64,000 nt of DNA from Candidatus Hydrogenedentota bacterium (GCA_963668025.2 CAXXTH010000017.1:1248001-1312000), one strand, 5' to 3'. Numbered from the stretch's first letter, positions 28,331-38,728 are shown. Numbers and translations are program-made. The notes: generated by a model from the sequence alone, not told the origin.

Positions 28331-30343
28331 TTACGAGGCCGGCTGCGGAGCGGGCGCTGATTCCACCGGGGCTGCAGCAGGTTCGGCGGGCGTTGCTTCT
28401 GGCTTCGCAGGCTCGCCTGTGGCGGCGGGCGCCTCCGCGGGTGCGGAAGACTCCGCACCGCTTTCTGGCGCACTATCTTCCGTGGCGGCTGGCGCTTCCT
28501 CTTGTTCTTTTTCCGGTTTCACCAGATATTGGTATACCTCTTCATCAACGGACCATTTGGCCGTCAAACGGCGTTCCGCGAAATAATCCTCGATGCGGTC
28601 ATTCTGCGCTTCCGTCAGCAGCGCTTTGCGGATATTGGGTTCTTGTTCGGCGAATTTCTCATCGAACACCGATTGCGCGGGAGGAGTGGCGCTAATCAAT
28701 TCGACGAAGTATACTTCCCCGGTATAGGGGCTGATGATAGGCCCGCCAAACGCCCCTGGCTTGCCTTTTCCCACGGCCTTCAACACTTCTTCCGGATTCC
28801 AAAGAGGGCCCATTCCGGGCGCAAAACTGGCAACGCTGAACTCGGGGCTTTCCTCCGGCTGCACCGCCAATTCCGGATGGCTGGCGGCGATGTCCGCGAT
28901 GCTCTTGGCGTTTTCTTTAATCTCTTTGGCTATATCCGCGATCTTCTTGATATGTTCCGGCGTGCGCTTGATGGCGTTGACAGTGTCAAGATCCACGCGC
29001 TGGCGTACTTTCTCGATGGGGATGGGTTTGGCCGGGATAACCTCGACAACCCGTGCGACATAGAGGTTTTCCGTGCCTTTAATGACTTCGGAAATCTGGT
29101 TCAATCCCAGAGAAGACGTGCCATTGCGGAAAGTCCAGCTATCGGACCGAGGCACAACATCACCTTCGAAGCTCTTCTGCGAGTAGAAGCCCGTCTGCTG
29201 GACCGTCAAGCCTGCTTCCGCGGCGGCGGCGGCCAAGTCATTCGTCTCAAGGGCTTTCTTTGCGATAGCCTCCGCCTGGGCGGTGCGTTTCGCCGTTTCC
29301 TCTTCCGCAAGCTTGGCGCGAATAATAATCTGGCGCCCTTTCACCTCGCGTTGCCCTGTCTCGGCGCCGGTGCGTTCTTCTTCCGGCTTATAAATATAGT
29401 AGCTGTTTCCAGGCCCCTCTATGGCGCTAGAAACAATGCCTACCGGTGTCGTGAAAATCGCCTTTTGGTACTCCGGCATATTCGGATTTTCGCTGCGCCA
29501 GTCAAACGCGCCGCCTTGCTCCTTCATCGGATCTTCAGAGTACTGTTTGGCCAGTTCGCCGAAATCTTCACCGCTTTGGGCGCGCTGGACAATCTCATCC
29601 ACGATGGCCGGCTTATCCGCGCGCAAGGATACCGCAGCGAATTCCGCCCGCAATTGCTCCGGCTCTTCATAGCGCTCCGGGTTGTCTTTATATTGCGCTT
29701 GGATCTGTTCTTCCGTAGGTGTGACTACGGGGTCGATGGCCACGTAGCGCACCTTGAGCATGGTGTTGTTTTCAGTAAAACGCTGCCGCACTTCATTGTC
29801 CGTGACGCGCGCCGAGGACATCACGCGCTGAATAACCACATTTTGGCGCAAATTTTGCGCTAAGGATGCATATTGCTCGTTCCAATTCACCCCGCTGCTG
29901 TCTTCCACCCAGGAATTCCAGAGCTCTTTGTCAAATTTGCCGTCCGTCTGGAAGCGAGGATCTTTCTTAAGCTGTTCATCAAGAAGCTTACGGTCGAACT
30001 CAAGACCGGTGGCGGCCGCGTCATAATCTAGAATATACTCGTCCACCATACGCTCGAGTATTTTCCGCGCCGTGCCGTCTTTCTCCAGATCTTCGACCGT
30101 CACGTCAGGATTGCCCCGCCGCATTTGTTCAAGTTGTTGATTAAGGGCTTGCCGGAACAATGCAGCCGGAATGGCCTGGCCTTCTACCACGGCCACAGGC
30201 TCATTCGCCAATCGGCTGGCCTCGTTTCTGGATGAGCCGCTAGACCCAAAATTGCCGCCCCAATATACAAATGGCACGATCACAAACGCTAAGGTGATAA
30301 ACATCACCGCTCTTTTGTGTTTGCGCATCAGATCCTGAATCAT
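28331..30343 (-). CDS. ppiD: PpiD/SurA-type membrane-anchored peptidyl-prolyl isomerase
   Basis: N-terminal TM (FVIVPFVYWG), SurA_N region, rotamase GEDFGELAKQYSEDP..GG. Confidence 0.85.
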   Translation of the reverse strand: MIQDLMRKHKRAVMFITLAFVIVPFVYWGGNFGSSGSSRNEASRLANEPVAVVEGQAIPAALFRQALNQQLEQMRRGNPDVTVEDLEKDGTARKILERMVDEYILDYDAAATGLEFDRKLLDEQLKKDPRFQTDGKFDKELWNSWVEDSSGVNWNEQYASLAQNLRQNVVIQRVMSSARVTDNEVRQRFTENNTMLKVRYVAIDPVVTPTEEQIQAQYKDNPERYEEPEQLRAEFAAVSLRADKPAIVDEIVQRAQSGEDFGELAKQYSEDPMKEQGGAFDWRSENPNMPEYQKAIFTTPVGIVSSAIEGPGNSYYIYKPEEERTGAETGQREVKGRQIIIRAKLAEEETAKRTAQAEAIAKKALETNDLAAAAAEAGLTVQQTGFYSQKSFEGDVVPRSDSWTFRNGTSSLGLNQISEVIKGTENLYVARVVEVIPAKPIPIEKVRQRVDLDTVNAIKRTPEHIKKIADIAKEIKENAKSIADIAASHPELAVQPEESPEFSVASFAPGMGPLWNPEEVLKAVGKGKPGAFGGPIISPYTGEVYFVELISATPPAQSVFDEKFAEQEPNIRKALLTEAQNDRIEDYFAERRLTAKWSVDEEVYQYLVKPEKEQEEAPAATEDSAPESGAESSAPAEAPAATGEPAKPEATPAEPAAAPVESAPAPQPAS

Positions 30344-30664
30344 GATGCGGAGGTCCTCCAATCCATGGTTATTGCCCGGACCGATATGGTACGAAGCGCC
30401 CCGAAGTAATATGTGAAACCTGCGGAGAGTAGCATACCCCCGGCACAACCCGCAACCCTTTCCCCATCCTAAAATTACGGAGCCCATTGAATTTATGTGG
30501 AAAACAGGTGTTGCCGCTTATTATCTGCCCGCCAGGGGCGGCGGTCTCGTACGTTCCCGCTCTGCCGCTCGAAAACAAACCCATCCGTTACCGTGAATAG
30601 ACAGGCGTCAAATCGTGTTTTAAAAAGACGCACGGCCCAGGGAGAACCTGGATTCATATTCTAT

Positions 30665-30698
30665 ATGTAGCGAAGGAATTAATGTAGCGAAGGAATTA
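30665..30698. repeat. Perfect 17-bp tandem duplication
   Basis: ATGTAGCGAAGGAATTA x2. Confidence 0.9.
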
Positions 30699-31037
30699 GC
30701 CCTAAGCCCTTTCCCGTCGGATCCGTCTGTTGCACTTCTCCTGTGTCCAGTGGAGAATCTATTATCGCTACTAACTTATTTCGGAGGAGAGCTTGATGCG
30801 TAGCTTTTCGTAGTATTGTCAATAGAAACTGATAGGCGTTCTTGAATTATACAGTCCTGAGAGAGCTTAGATGGCCGATACCTATCTTTGTGTATCCTCA
30901 TAGCAGAATTCGGCTTTAGGCGCATTCGCGGATGAAACGAACACCCATCACTATGAGTCATGGGATTAATGCGAGCACTTTGGCTCTCCAAGAACCCAAT
31001 ATACGGCAACGGAATTCTTGGTATTACCTGTTCACTC

Positions 31038-32582
31038 TCAAGATATTCCAGTGGAGTCCTTTGACTCTAGTTTATATTCGGGAAGCTTACGGAGTCCGGC
31101 ATAAGGAACACGTTCTGTTTGCTTATTAAATAGCTCTATACTCCTTGCTGCTCTCATGCCTGTGTAGAAACCATAGTCCAGGATCAAACCAAGGTACTTC
31201 CGCCCAGCTTCACTTACAGTGATCCCCTCGCTGATAACGTGTAGGAGACGCAGATCTACAAGCTTTCGCACGTTCTCATAGGTCTGGTCGTCTGCCTTTA
31301 TCTCCACTAAAAAGGCATTCCCACGGTGTTCTTTAATGCAAAAGTTTCTAATCTTTTCAAGTAGGTCTTTCAAAGGGCTAGCTAGTCCAGATGCATCTGC
31401 TTCAAGCTCACGCAATTTTATATTTATAGTTTCGGAGGCGGCAACGTTAATATTGGAGACACTAACCCTCGAACGGCTCGATAATATGGCTTTCGAAATA
31501 GCCTGTGAGAATAGGTTCAATGCGTCGCGCGGCACGCCGGCTGCAACCCATGTAAGTCGAGGAACAACATCCCCACTTGTACAAATGCGTCTGACTGAAG
31601 GCAAACCGCAATAGAGGGCATGAGAGTCGAGAATTGCTTCAATATGCTGCGTAGCTTTGTCAGGTATTGTTAAATTGTAGTCGAGAGGTATGATTTGAAC
31701 ATCATGAGAGATCTCTAGTCCTTTTTTTTTGTTAGGATCAAATGTTTTTGTCAGTGTCTCAATAGCAGACAGCTTAAGAAAAAGCTTGTTGCCTCGGCAC
31801 AATGAATATAGAACATCGAGAAGGCTTGGTTGGAGCTCTGGTGCCAAGACATGAAAATCATCCAGAAATATAAACAGCTCTTGCCCGTTATTAGCAAAAT
31901 ATGATAAAAGTCGGCGTAACGTAGGTAGCTGTTTGCGAATTCCTTTCTCTGTGAGGCCAGCCTTACTATAAGCCGCAAGTGACGATGCGTACTCTGGAAG
32001 ATCGCCTACATATACAGCTACTTCACGAATAATATCTGCAAGTACATCTGTGATGACTGCCTCATCGTCTCGACGTGCGTAAACCTGCATATCAATCCAG
32101 ACACATGGTCTAGATTCCTTTTTCCTAGTGTGCATTGCATAGAGAAGGAGAGTTGACTTTCCTGCTCCACGCCTCCCAAACACGACATGGTTTGCGGCAG
32201 CAGTGACTTGCTCCTCTGCGCCAGTAACTGAACGTGTATATCGTGAGAGAAAATCGGCTTCAAAACTATACCGATTGATGTTAAGGCTCTCAGCAAGTGT
32301 TTTGAGAAAAAGCTTTCCTTCTGGTCCTCGTAAAAGGTTCTCTCCCAACTTCTTAATCAGTGTAGCCATAGGTGGTTCCTGGCCTTCAATTGCGAAATGA
32401 TTGCGGACCTCTTCCAATATTGAATAGAGTCTTTCGGTGGGATTAGCTACCTTGAGAATAAGAATTGGATTTCCTTCTCTTTCATGCAGATTGTAGTCTA
32501 TTCGCATGAGCCCGGATTCATTTTCGAACTCTTTTCTGATTCTATCGAAGACGCTTTCTTCTATTGTTGTGGTTAGCTTCAC
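31038..32582 (-). CDS. P-loop ATPase (ORC/CDC6- or STAND-like), low GC
   Basis: Walker A GRRGAGKS, Walker B FIFLDDFH, GVPRDALNLF sensor-like motif, C-terminal wHTH-like region. Confidence 0.75.
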   Translation of the reverse strand: MKLTTTIEESVFDRIRKEFENESGLMRIDYNLHEREGNPILILKVANPTERLYSILEEVRNHFAIEGQEPPMATLIKKLGENLLRGPEGKLFLKTLAESLNINRYSFEADFLSRYTRSVTGAEEQVTAAANHVVFGRRGAGKSTLLLYAMHTRKKESRPCVWIDMQVYARRDDEAVITDVLADIIREVAVYVGDLPEYASSLAAYSKAGLTEKGIRKQLPTLRRLLSYFANNGQELFIFLDDFHVLAPELQPSLLDVLYSLCRGNKLFLKLSAIETLTKTFDPNKKKGLEISHDVQIIPLDYNLTIPDKATQHIEAILDSHALYCGLPSVRRICTSGDVVPRLTWVAAGVPRDALNLFSQAISKAILSSRSRVSVSNINVAASETINIKLRELEADASGLASPLKDLLEKIRNFCIKEHRGNAFLVEIKADDQTYENVRKLVDLRLLHVISEGITVSEAGRKYLGLILDYGFYTGMRAARSIELFNKQTERVPYAGLRKLPEYKLESKDSTGIS

Positions 32583-33073
32583 AGCTTAATCCCTTTTCCT
32601 TTGAGATAAATAAATACATCCTTTAAGAACTCACCAACGAGTTTCGTGGAATCGCGAGAACCTAGGACAAGATCCTTATCAGAAGACAAGTGATCATAAT
32701 CACATGTATTGCGATCTTCGCGTAATACCTGAAGTTTATTCACATACTCGGATCTGCTAGGAAAATCATCTGGAAGATTATAGAATCGTTGATGGTCTTT
32801 CACATCGGCAGAGTAGTCGCCAGAAACAAATAACCGGACAGCCCTAGAAGCATTATAAGCAGAATAGTAGAGGCGCGAGACTCTTTGACGCCAATTTGAC
32901 CTAGATAGGTGAATAGCGAAACTATAATGATTTTTGGCCAAAGATAATAGCGCGACGGTATTGGCTACAATATCCGCCTCAATTAACTCTAATGAGGCTG
33001 AATCTAGAATCCCCGACAGATGCTCCTTAACTTTTCGTGGATTACCCAGATTGAGTAAGTGAGGCGATCTCAT
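32579..33073 (-). CDS. HEPN domain protein
   Basis: VSRLYYSAYNASRA, KDH, LREDRNTCDY; GTGA overlap with the ATPase gene. Confidence 0.75.
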   Translation of the reverse strand: MRSPHLLNLGNPRKVKEHLSGILDSASLELIEADIVANTVALLSLAKNHYSFAIHLSRSNWRQRVSRLYYSAYNASRAVRLFVSGDYSADVKDHQRFYNLPDDFPSRSEYVNKLQVLREDRNTCDYDHLSSDKDLVLGSRDSTKLVGEFLKDVFIYLKGKGIKL

Positions 33074-33284
33074 AGCGTTAGTCGACCCTCATGAATAAAA
33101 ACTAGATCTCTGTTTTCGAAAAGAACCTCATAGTTCCAATATCAAAGCTATTATAAAAAAATCCATCTCACTATATATACTGCATTAAGCCGATATTTAC
33201 TTATTATTTTATGGCGCTTCATCGCATGTTTTGTCTAGCAGGTAAATCCCGTTAGCCATAGCTATCTTACAACCATTTTTTTAG

Positions 33285-33314
33285 TTAGCGCAAGTAGATT
33301 TAGCGCAAGTAGAT
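33285..33314. repeat. Perfect 15-bp tandem duplication
   Basis: TTAGCGCAAGTAGAT x2. Confidence 0.9.
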
Positions 33315-33530
33315 ATTATATTTTCATAATCCATGATACAAGTGAAATGAAACACGGGACCAAGTGAATAGATACTATTGAACACTTGTTTCCCTATGAT
33401 GCGAGGCACCCAAGGAAACGCGCATCGGAACTCGGTTTCAGGTAGAATACAGTATGTTGTGTTAGAATGCGGAAGATGAACCGCTAGGTTCGGAGCGGTG
33501 CATCACCGGATAAAATGGGAGATATGAAAA

Positions 33531-34280
33531 ATGCCGTTCTTTTTCTGGGATTCGACCATGATTCTGCTGGTTCCAGCATTGTTATTGGCCATGTGGGCCC
33601 AGTTCAAGGTGAAGTCCACGTATGCCCATTATGCACAAGTAGCGAACCGTTCCGGATTGACCGGAGCCCGCGTGGCGAGTTTGATCTTGCGCGATGCCGG
33701 TATCGAAGTGACGAACAGCCCGGAGCGCGCAAGCGGCCCGGCCTGCGCCATCGAGCCTATCGGCGGCGAATTAACCGACCATTATGATCCCCGCGACCAC
33801 ACCTTGCGGTTGTCCGAGGGCATCTATGATGGCCGCAGCGTGGCGGCGCTGGGCATAGCCGCCCACGAAGTAGGGCACGCCATCCAGCATGCGAAAGGGT
33901 ATGCCCCGATGGCCCTGCGCAGCATCATCTACCCGGCGTCGTCCATTGGCTCGACTCTCGCGTTTCCGTTGTTCTTCATCGGCCTGCTGGTTCCCCGCCA
34001 TTTGGCCATTGGCGGCATGGACCTTGGCCCCATGCTGATGAACAGCGCGATCTTGCTTTTCGCCATGGCCGTGATGTTCACACTGGTGACGTTGCCGGTT
34101 GAGTTCAACGCCAGCAACCGCGCCCTCAAGGCATTAGCCAAGGGCGGCTATCTGGCGGAGGATGAAATGGCGGGGGCGCGCAAGGTGCTGAGCGCCGCAG
34201 CCATGACCTACGTCGCCGCGGCCGCCATGGCGCTTATGCAGCTTCTGCGCCTTATCCTGCTCGCACAGCGGCGCGATTAA
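33531..34280 (+). CDS. YugP-like membrane zinc metallopeptidase
   Basis: LTDHYDPR, AAHEVGHAIQH, TLPVEFNASNRA, AAAMTYVA. Confidence 0.92.
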   Translation: MPFFFWDSTMILLVPALLLAMWAQFKVKSTYAHYAQVANRSGLTGARVASLILRDAGIEVTNSPERASGPACAIEPIGGELTDHYDPRDHTLRLSEGIYDGRSVAALGIAAHEVGHAIQHAKGYAPMALRSIIYPASSIGSTLAFPLFFIGLLVPRHLAIGGMDLGPMLMNSAILLFAMAVMFTLVTLPVEFNASNRALKALAKGGYLAEDEMAGARKVLSAAAMTYVAAAAMALMQLLRLILLAQRRD

Positions 34281-34295
34281 CACTGCGGCCGCCAA

Positions 34296-36368
34296 TTAAC
34301 GTTTGGCCTTGTACACGTAGAAACCAGTTCCAGGGCGCTGCCCGATAACCACGGGCAGCCCTTCTTTTAAGAGCGCGGCTCCGGAATACTCCTTGGATTC
34401 CGTTGCGTTGTCCAGGTCCGTTACAACATATGTTGCCGTTTCATCCAGGCCTTTCAACGGGAATCGCGCGGATTCATACACGCTTTCCTCCCTGCGGAAA
34501 ACCTGCACCATCCCGCCGTGCAGTTCTTCGCGATGGAATTGCCAGGCAATCCACTGATCATGAGCCAGGGAATACGAGGTCAACGGATAGTAATCGCCGA
34601 AGTAATAAGGCCCGAATTCCCGCCATTCATGAATCAGCTTCGCCAGACCCGCAAAATCGATGCTTTCGTCGCGCATGTCCCAGCACGCGTTGAAACTGGG
34701 GCACAGCACACTGCGCACCTGGTAAGAGTCCGTTTTGGACGTGCCTGTGCCGTAGAAGGGAATCCACTGCGCCAGCGCCCAGGTATGGCATTGGTTGCCC
34801 ACCGGCTCCATGATGTAGTCGCTTCGCAACAGCGGCACGGCCCGCCGCAAGGTTTCCAGGTCATTACGGCGGCCGCCGCTCGCGCAGGAATCGATCAGCA
34901 TATCCGGATGCCGCCGGAGCAATTCGTCCCAGTAGGCCAAATATCCCGTTACATACCGGTTTTCGCTAATGCCTTTTCGATCTTCGGCGTCGTTGGCCCG
35001 CCAAAAACTGAGCGGCTCAATATTAAAATCCTGCCGGTATAGGTCGATGGCTTCGTCCTTCAGAATCGTGTCCACGTGATTCGTAACCCATTCACGAACC
35101 TCCGGCTCATTCAGCTTGAGGAGGCCTCCATTGGTTCCACCGAACACCCAGCCGGGCCGCTCGTTTGTCAGCCAGGTGTCCGCGGCCACCCGTTCCGGCT
35201 CAAACCACACAATCGTTTGCACCCCGAGCGCATGGGCATGATCCGATATTTCGCGCAGGCCCTTGGGGAACCGCCCGCGATCCACTTCCCATGTGCCCGT
35301 GTGGGTCCACCCCGTCTTGTTAGGATACCAGCCCGCGTCCATCCACCAATAATCCAGCCGCATGTCGTGCTTGAGATAGGCATCCACGAAGAATACCTGG
35401 TTTTCGGTGTTAGCGTGGATCATCTCACCAAACTGGTGGGAACTGCACGCTTCGAGCAGCGGGAGCGGCGGGAGCTGGCCTCCCGGCCTTGGCATGTTGT
35501 GGGCGATCATCCACTGCCGCCAGACATTCTGGGCATGCAATGGATCTCCTTTCCAAAACTGGAGGACAATCATGGGCGTACGCACTTCCTCACCGGGATA
35601 CAGCGTAAAGTGGGTGTCTTCCTGGCCCGCCTTCAACCGCACCCCGCTTTCCCCTTCCCGCACCATATCCGTCTTCCATTGCCCCGGCCAGCTCACGACG
35701 AAGATAACCCCCTCATCGCCGTATTGCAGGTTGAAGTACGGGAACTGGTGCTGGGTGCCACGCCCGCCCGTATTAGCCACGGAAAACGTCTGCCCCGGCG
35801 CGATGGCCGTTTCATGGGGCTCGTAACTGTCAGCCGTGCATTCATCGCCGGTATGATGGCGCAGCACGAGTGGAATCTCTGGATTCCAGTCAAGCGATGT
35901 GTCAATCGCCCGCAGTTCGCTGATGATCGGCGTGTTGGCCGCGCCTTCATTCTTGAGGTATACCGTCCATTCCACTGTCGGAAAATCCGCATACGCCACG
36001 CCCACGCATCGCACGCGCAGCTTGGTGGCCGGATCAGTGTAGTTTATCGTGTACTGAGTCCGGCTGGCGTCCAACGGCTGCGTCTTGCGCGATACCTCCC
36101 ACGAATCAATAAATTCCTTCGACGTTTTTTCACCATAGTTAAACGAAAAAAGGGGGGCCGTTGAATAAGGCGGCCGGGTCCAGGTTTGCAACGGCACATC
36201 GCCCATGGCAGGCGCCGTTCCGCCGTCTAGGTTAGCAGTGGCTTCCTCTTGGGGAGCGCCGGAAAATGCGGCTCCAGCCCACCGCTTAGCCTCATCCAGT
36301 TCCACCTGTGCAGGTATCGCCGCGAAACAAGAATTTATCGTCCACAGCGCCATAATCGCAGTCATCAT
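34296..36368 (-). CDS. GH36 alpha-galactosidase family protein
   Basis: WWMDAGWY, RFPKGL, WFEPERV, LYRQDFN, DSCASGGRRND. Confidence 0.88.
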   Translation of the reverse strand: MMTAIMALWTINSCFAAIPAQVELDEAKRWAGAAFSGAPQEEATANLDGGTAPAMGDVPLQTWTRPPYSTAPLFSFNYGEKTSKEFIDSWEVSRKTQPLDASRTQYTINYTDPATKLRVRCVGVAYADFPTVEWTVYLKNEGAANTPIISELRAIDTSLDWNPEIPLVLRHHTGDECTADSYEPHETAIAPGQTFSVANTGGRGTQHQFPYFNLQYGDEGVIFVVSWPGQWKTDMVREGESGVRLKAGQEDTHFTLYPGEEVRTPMIVLQFWKGDPLHAQNVWRQWMIAHNMPRPGGQLPPLPLLEACSSHQFGEMIHANTENQVFFVDAYLKHDMRLDYWWMDAGWYPNKTGWTHTGTWEVDRGRFPKGLREISDHAHALGVQTIVWFEPERVAADTWLTNERPGWVFGGTNGGLLKLNEPEVREWVTNHVDTILKDEAIDLYRQDFNIEPLSFWRANDAEDRKGISENRYVTGYLAYWDELLRRHPDMLIDSCASGGRRNDLETLRRAVPLLRSDYIMEPVGNQCHTWALAQWIPFYGTGTSKTDSYQVRSVLCPSFNACWDMRDESIDFAGLAKLIHEWREFGPYYFGDYYPLTSYSLAHDQWIAWQFHREELHGGMVQVFRREESVYESARFPLKGLDETATYVVTDLDNATESKEYSGAALLKEGLPVVIGQRPGTGFYVYKAKR

Positions 36369-36540
36369 GGATTGCTCCCCTCGTAGATAGTACATTTTCG
36401 CCCATCCCATCGGTCTTTGTAGATGAGATGGATGAAGTATGAGCAAGGATGCTCACGCAGTCAATCTTTTAGGCGGTTTTGAGCCATGAACACGCGAATA
36501 AACGAATCGCGTATAGCCGCAATCGAAGAGCCCGATTTTG

Positions 36541-36681
36541 CACCACCAAGAGTTCTAAGTGTTTCTACGTGTTTACTTGTCTGCTCTGCTTTAGATTTAT
36601 AAATATCAGACATATTTACTGGCTACCGCCGCAGCCTAATTCTTGCGAGCCTCTTTTTGTGTCTTTGTGACTTGGTGGTGA
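36541..36681. repeat. CACCACCAAG-type inverted repeat pair
   Basis: CACCACCAAG (36541) vs TTTGTGTCTTTGTGACTTGGTGGTGA (36656-36681); same family as 53538-57179. Confidence 0.6.
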
Positions 36682-36778
36682 ACTCTCCGGAAAGATCGCC
36701 ATACGAGAGATAGTTACACAAACCCGCCGCTATCATTTTGGAATGATAACGGCGGGCGTATAGAAGCGTCTAGCGGTT

Positions 36779-38089
36779 TTATACCCTTGCGCAGGCTTTC
36801 TCGACATCCGCCTTCGCATCCGCGCCGATAGGCTTCAAGTCGAAGGTCTTCACCAGGAGATCCAGCACATTCGGCGTGACGAATGCGGGGAGCGCCGGGC
36901 CGAGGATGATCCCTTTGACGCCCAGTGACAGCAACGTCAGCAGCACCGCCACGGCCTTCTGCTCGAACCACGAGATGCACAACGTGAGCGGCAGGTCGTT
37001 AACGCCGCAATTGAAGGCCTTGGCCAGCGCCAGCGCCACTTGGATCGCCCCATAGGCGTCGTTGCATTGGCCCATGTCCAGCAAGCGAGGCAGGCCCGCC
37101 ACCGTGCCATAATCATAATCGCGGATGCGGTATTTGCCGCAACCCAGCGTCAGGATAATGCTGTCCGGCGGCGCACTTTGCGCATACTGGGAGAAGTAGT
37201 TGCGCCCTGGCTCCGCGCCATCGCAGCCGCCAATCACGAAGAAATGCTTGATTTTTCCGGACTTTACCGCCTCGACGACTTTGTCCGCCAGGCCCAGAAT
37301 CACGCTGTGGTGGAAGCCGATGGTGTTCGTCTTCAATTCCGTCGGCTTAAGGGGGCCAACGGCCTTAGCCCGTTCAATCAGCGGAGTGAAGTCGTTGCCT
37401 TGAATCCGGGTTGCGCCGGGAATCGCCGTGACGCGCGTCGTGAACAGCTTATCCAGATACGTATTCGCCGGACTAGGGATCATCACGCAGTTGGTCGTGG
37501 CGAGGATGGGCCCGCCGAAGGCCTCCCATTCCATACGCTGTTTTTGCCACGCCCCGCCATAATTGCCCGCCAAGTGCGAATACGCCCGCAAACCGGGATA
37601 CATATGCGCCGGAAGCATCTCGCCGTGCGTGTAGACCTTAATGCCCGTGCCCTTCGTCTGTTCGAGCAAATCGCGCAGGTCCACCATGTCGTGGCCTGTC
37701 ACTAAAATGCCGGGGCCTTCTTGAATGCCTTCCTTTATCTCCACCGGACTCGGCTGGCCGAAGGTCTCGACATGGCCCGCATCCAACAGCTCCATGACCC
37801 GCAGATTCATTTTGCCGCATTCGAGCACCAATTCCAGTAGGCTGTTCATATCGAAATTGACATTCGTGACCGTGGCAAACAGGGCTTCTTCCACAAAGGC
37901 GTCCACGGCCTCATCAGTTTTGCCCAAGCGCCGGGCGTGGTGCTTGTAGGCAGCCATGCCCTTGAGGCCATATAGCAAGATTTTCTGGAGAGACTCCATA
38001 TCGGCGTTTTTACCGCAGACCCCCTTCTCGCCCCGGCACCCAAGCCCGTCCCGTGTTTGCTCGCACTGATCGCAGAACATATCCACCAT
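36779..38089 (-). CDS. hcp: Hybrid-cluster protein (hydroxylamine/NO reductase), short form
   Basis: MFCDQCEQT..C..GVCGK, YTHGEMLPAH, GGCDG, GCGKYR, GQCNDAY, SWFEQKA. Confidence 0.95.
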   Translation of the reverse strand: MVDMFCDQCEQTRDGLGCRGEKGVCGKNADMESLQKILLYGLKGMAAYKHHARRLGKTDEAVDAFVEEALFATVTNVNFDMNSLLELVLECGKMNLRVMELLDAGHVETFGQPSPVEIKEGIQEGPGILVTGHDMVDLRDLLEQTKGTGIKVYTHGEMLPAHMYPGLRAYSHLAGNYGGAWQKQRMEWEAFGGPILATTNCVMIPSPANTYLDKLFTTRVTAIPGATRIQGNDFTPLIERAKAVGPLKPTELKTNTIGFHHSVILGLADKVVEAVKSGKIKHFFVIGGCDGAEPGRNYFSQYAQSAPPDSIILTLGCGKYRIRDYDYGTVAGLPRLLDMGQCNDAYGAIQVALALAKAFNCGVNDLPLTLCISWFEQKAVAVLLTLLSLGVKGIILGPALPAFVTPNVLDLLVKTFDLKPIGADAKADVEKACARV

Positions 38090-38147
38090 TATAGATCCTC
38101 CTTATCTGATTTAGGGCTGCGCCTTTCGCCTCCCGTTTGCTGCTCTT

Positions 38148-38642
38148 TTAGGATTTTTCCCGCATCTCTTCTTGCATCACAGTCTCATCCGCCAGAAGTG
38201 CAATCCGGCCCATTTTACAATCCACTTTTCCGCGCAGCACGTGATCGGGCGTGGGCCGTTTAGCCAGGTCCGCCACGGTCCATCGTTTTAATGTTTCCAC
38301 AATGGCCTGATGCAGCGCCGCCATGGCTTGATGATACGCGCATGTCATTTGTAGTGGGGCCACCCCGCCGCAAAAATCGCCCAGTACTTTTCCCTGGCAC
38401 GCTTCCACCACATCCAGCAAGGTGATCTGTTCGGGCCGGTTCGACAGTGTCACGCCGCCCTGCGCTCCACGCGTGGCATGCAAAATTCCAGCTTTCACCA
38501 GCGAGCCGGTGATCTTCGCCATGTAAGAAGGCGACGCATCCAAAATATCCGCCAGCGCTTTTGGCGGGATAGGCTCCTTGCTGTTGCGCATGGCCAGGTA
38601 AGCCAGCACTTGAAGCCCTATCTCGGAAGTTTGAGTAAGCAT
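38148..38642 (-). CDS. Rrf2-family transcriptional regulator
   Basis: SPSYMAKI..LVKAGIL..TRGAQGG..L...PEQITLLDVVEA; Cys residues in the C-terminal region. Confidence 0.92.
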   Translation of the reverse strand: MLTQTSEIGLQVLAYLAMRNSKEPIPPKALADILDASPSYMAKITGSLVKAGILHATRGAQGGVTLSNRPEQITLLDVVEACQGKVLGDFCGGVAPLQMTCAYHQAMAALHQAIVETLKRWTVADLAKRPTPDHVLRGKVDCKMGRIALLADETVMQEEMREKS

Positions 38643-38667
38643 GGGAATGAATCGCGCTCCTTATTAC

Positions 38668-38702
38668 AGATAAAGCATATCTTAAATATCCCTAAATGTC
38701 AA
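38668..38702 (-). promoter_or_regulatory. Sigma70 promoter for rrf2-hcp with an overlapping palindromic operator candidate
   Basis: TTGACA-17-TATGCT on the minus strand; AGATA-N5-TATCT palindrome over the -10. Confidence 0.7.
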
Positions 38703-38728
38703 GCCTCTTTTTCCGCCGTGAAACAGTT

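Noticed and set aside
28502-29863. 453-aa plus-strand ORF (likewise 26434-27513, 35076-36164, 51936-53162)
   Set aside because: Antisense to well-supported genes (ppiD, argG, GH36, GH10/GT4); a codon-bias artefact
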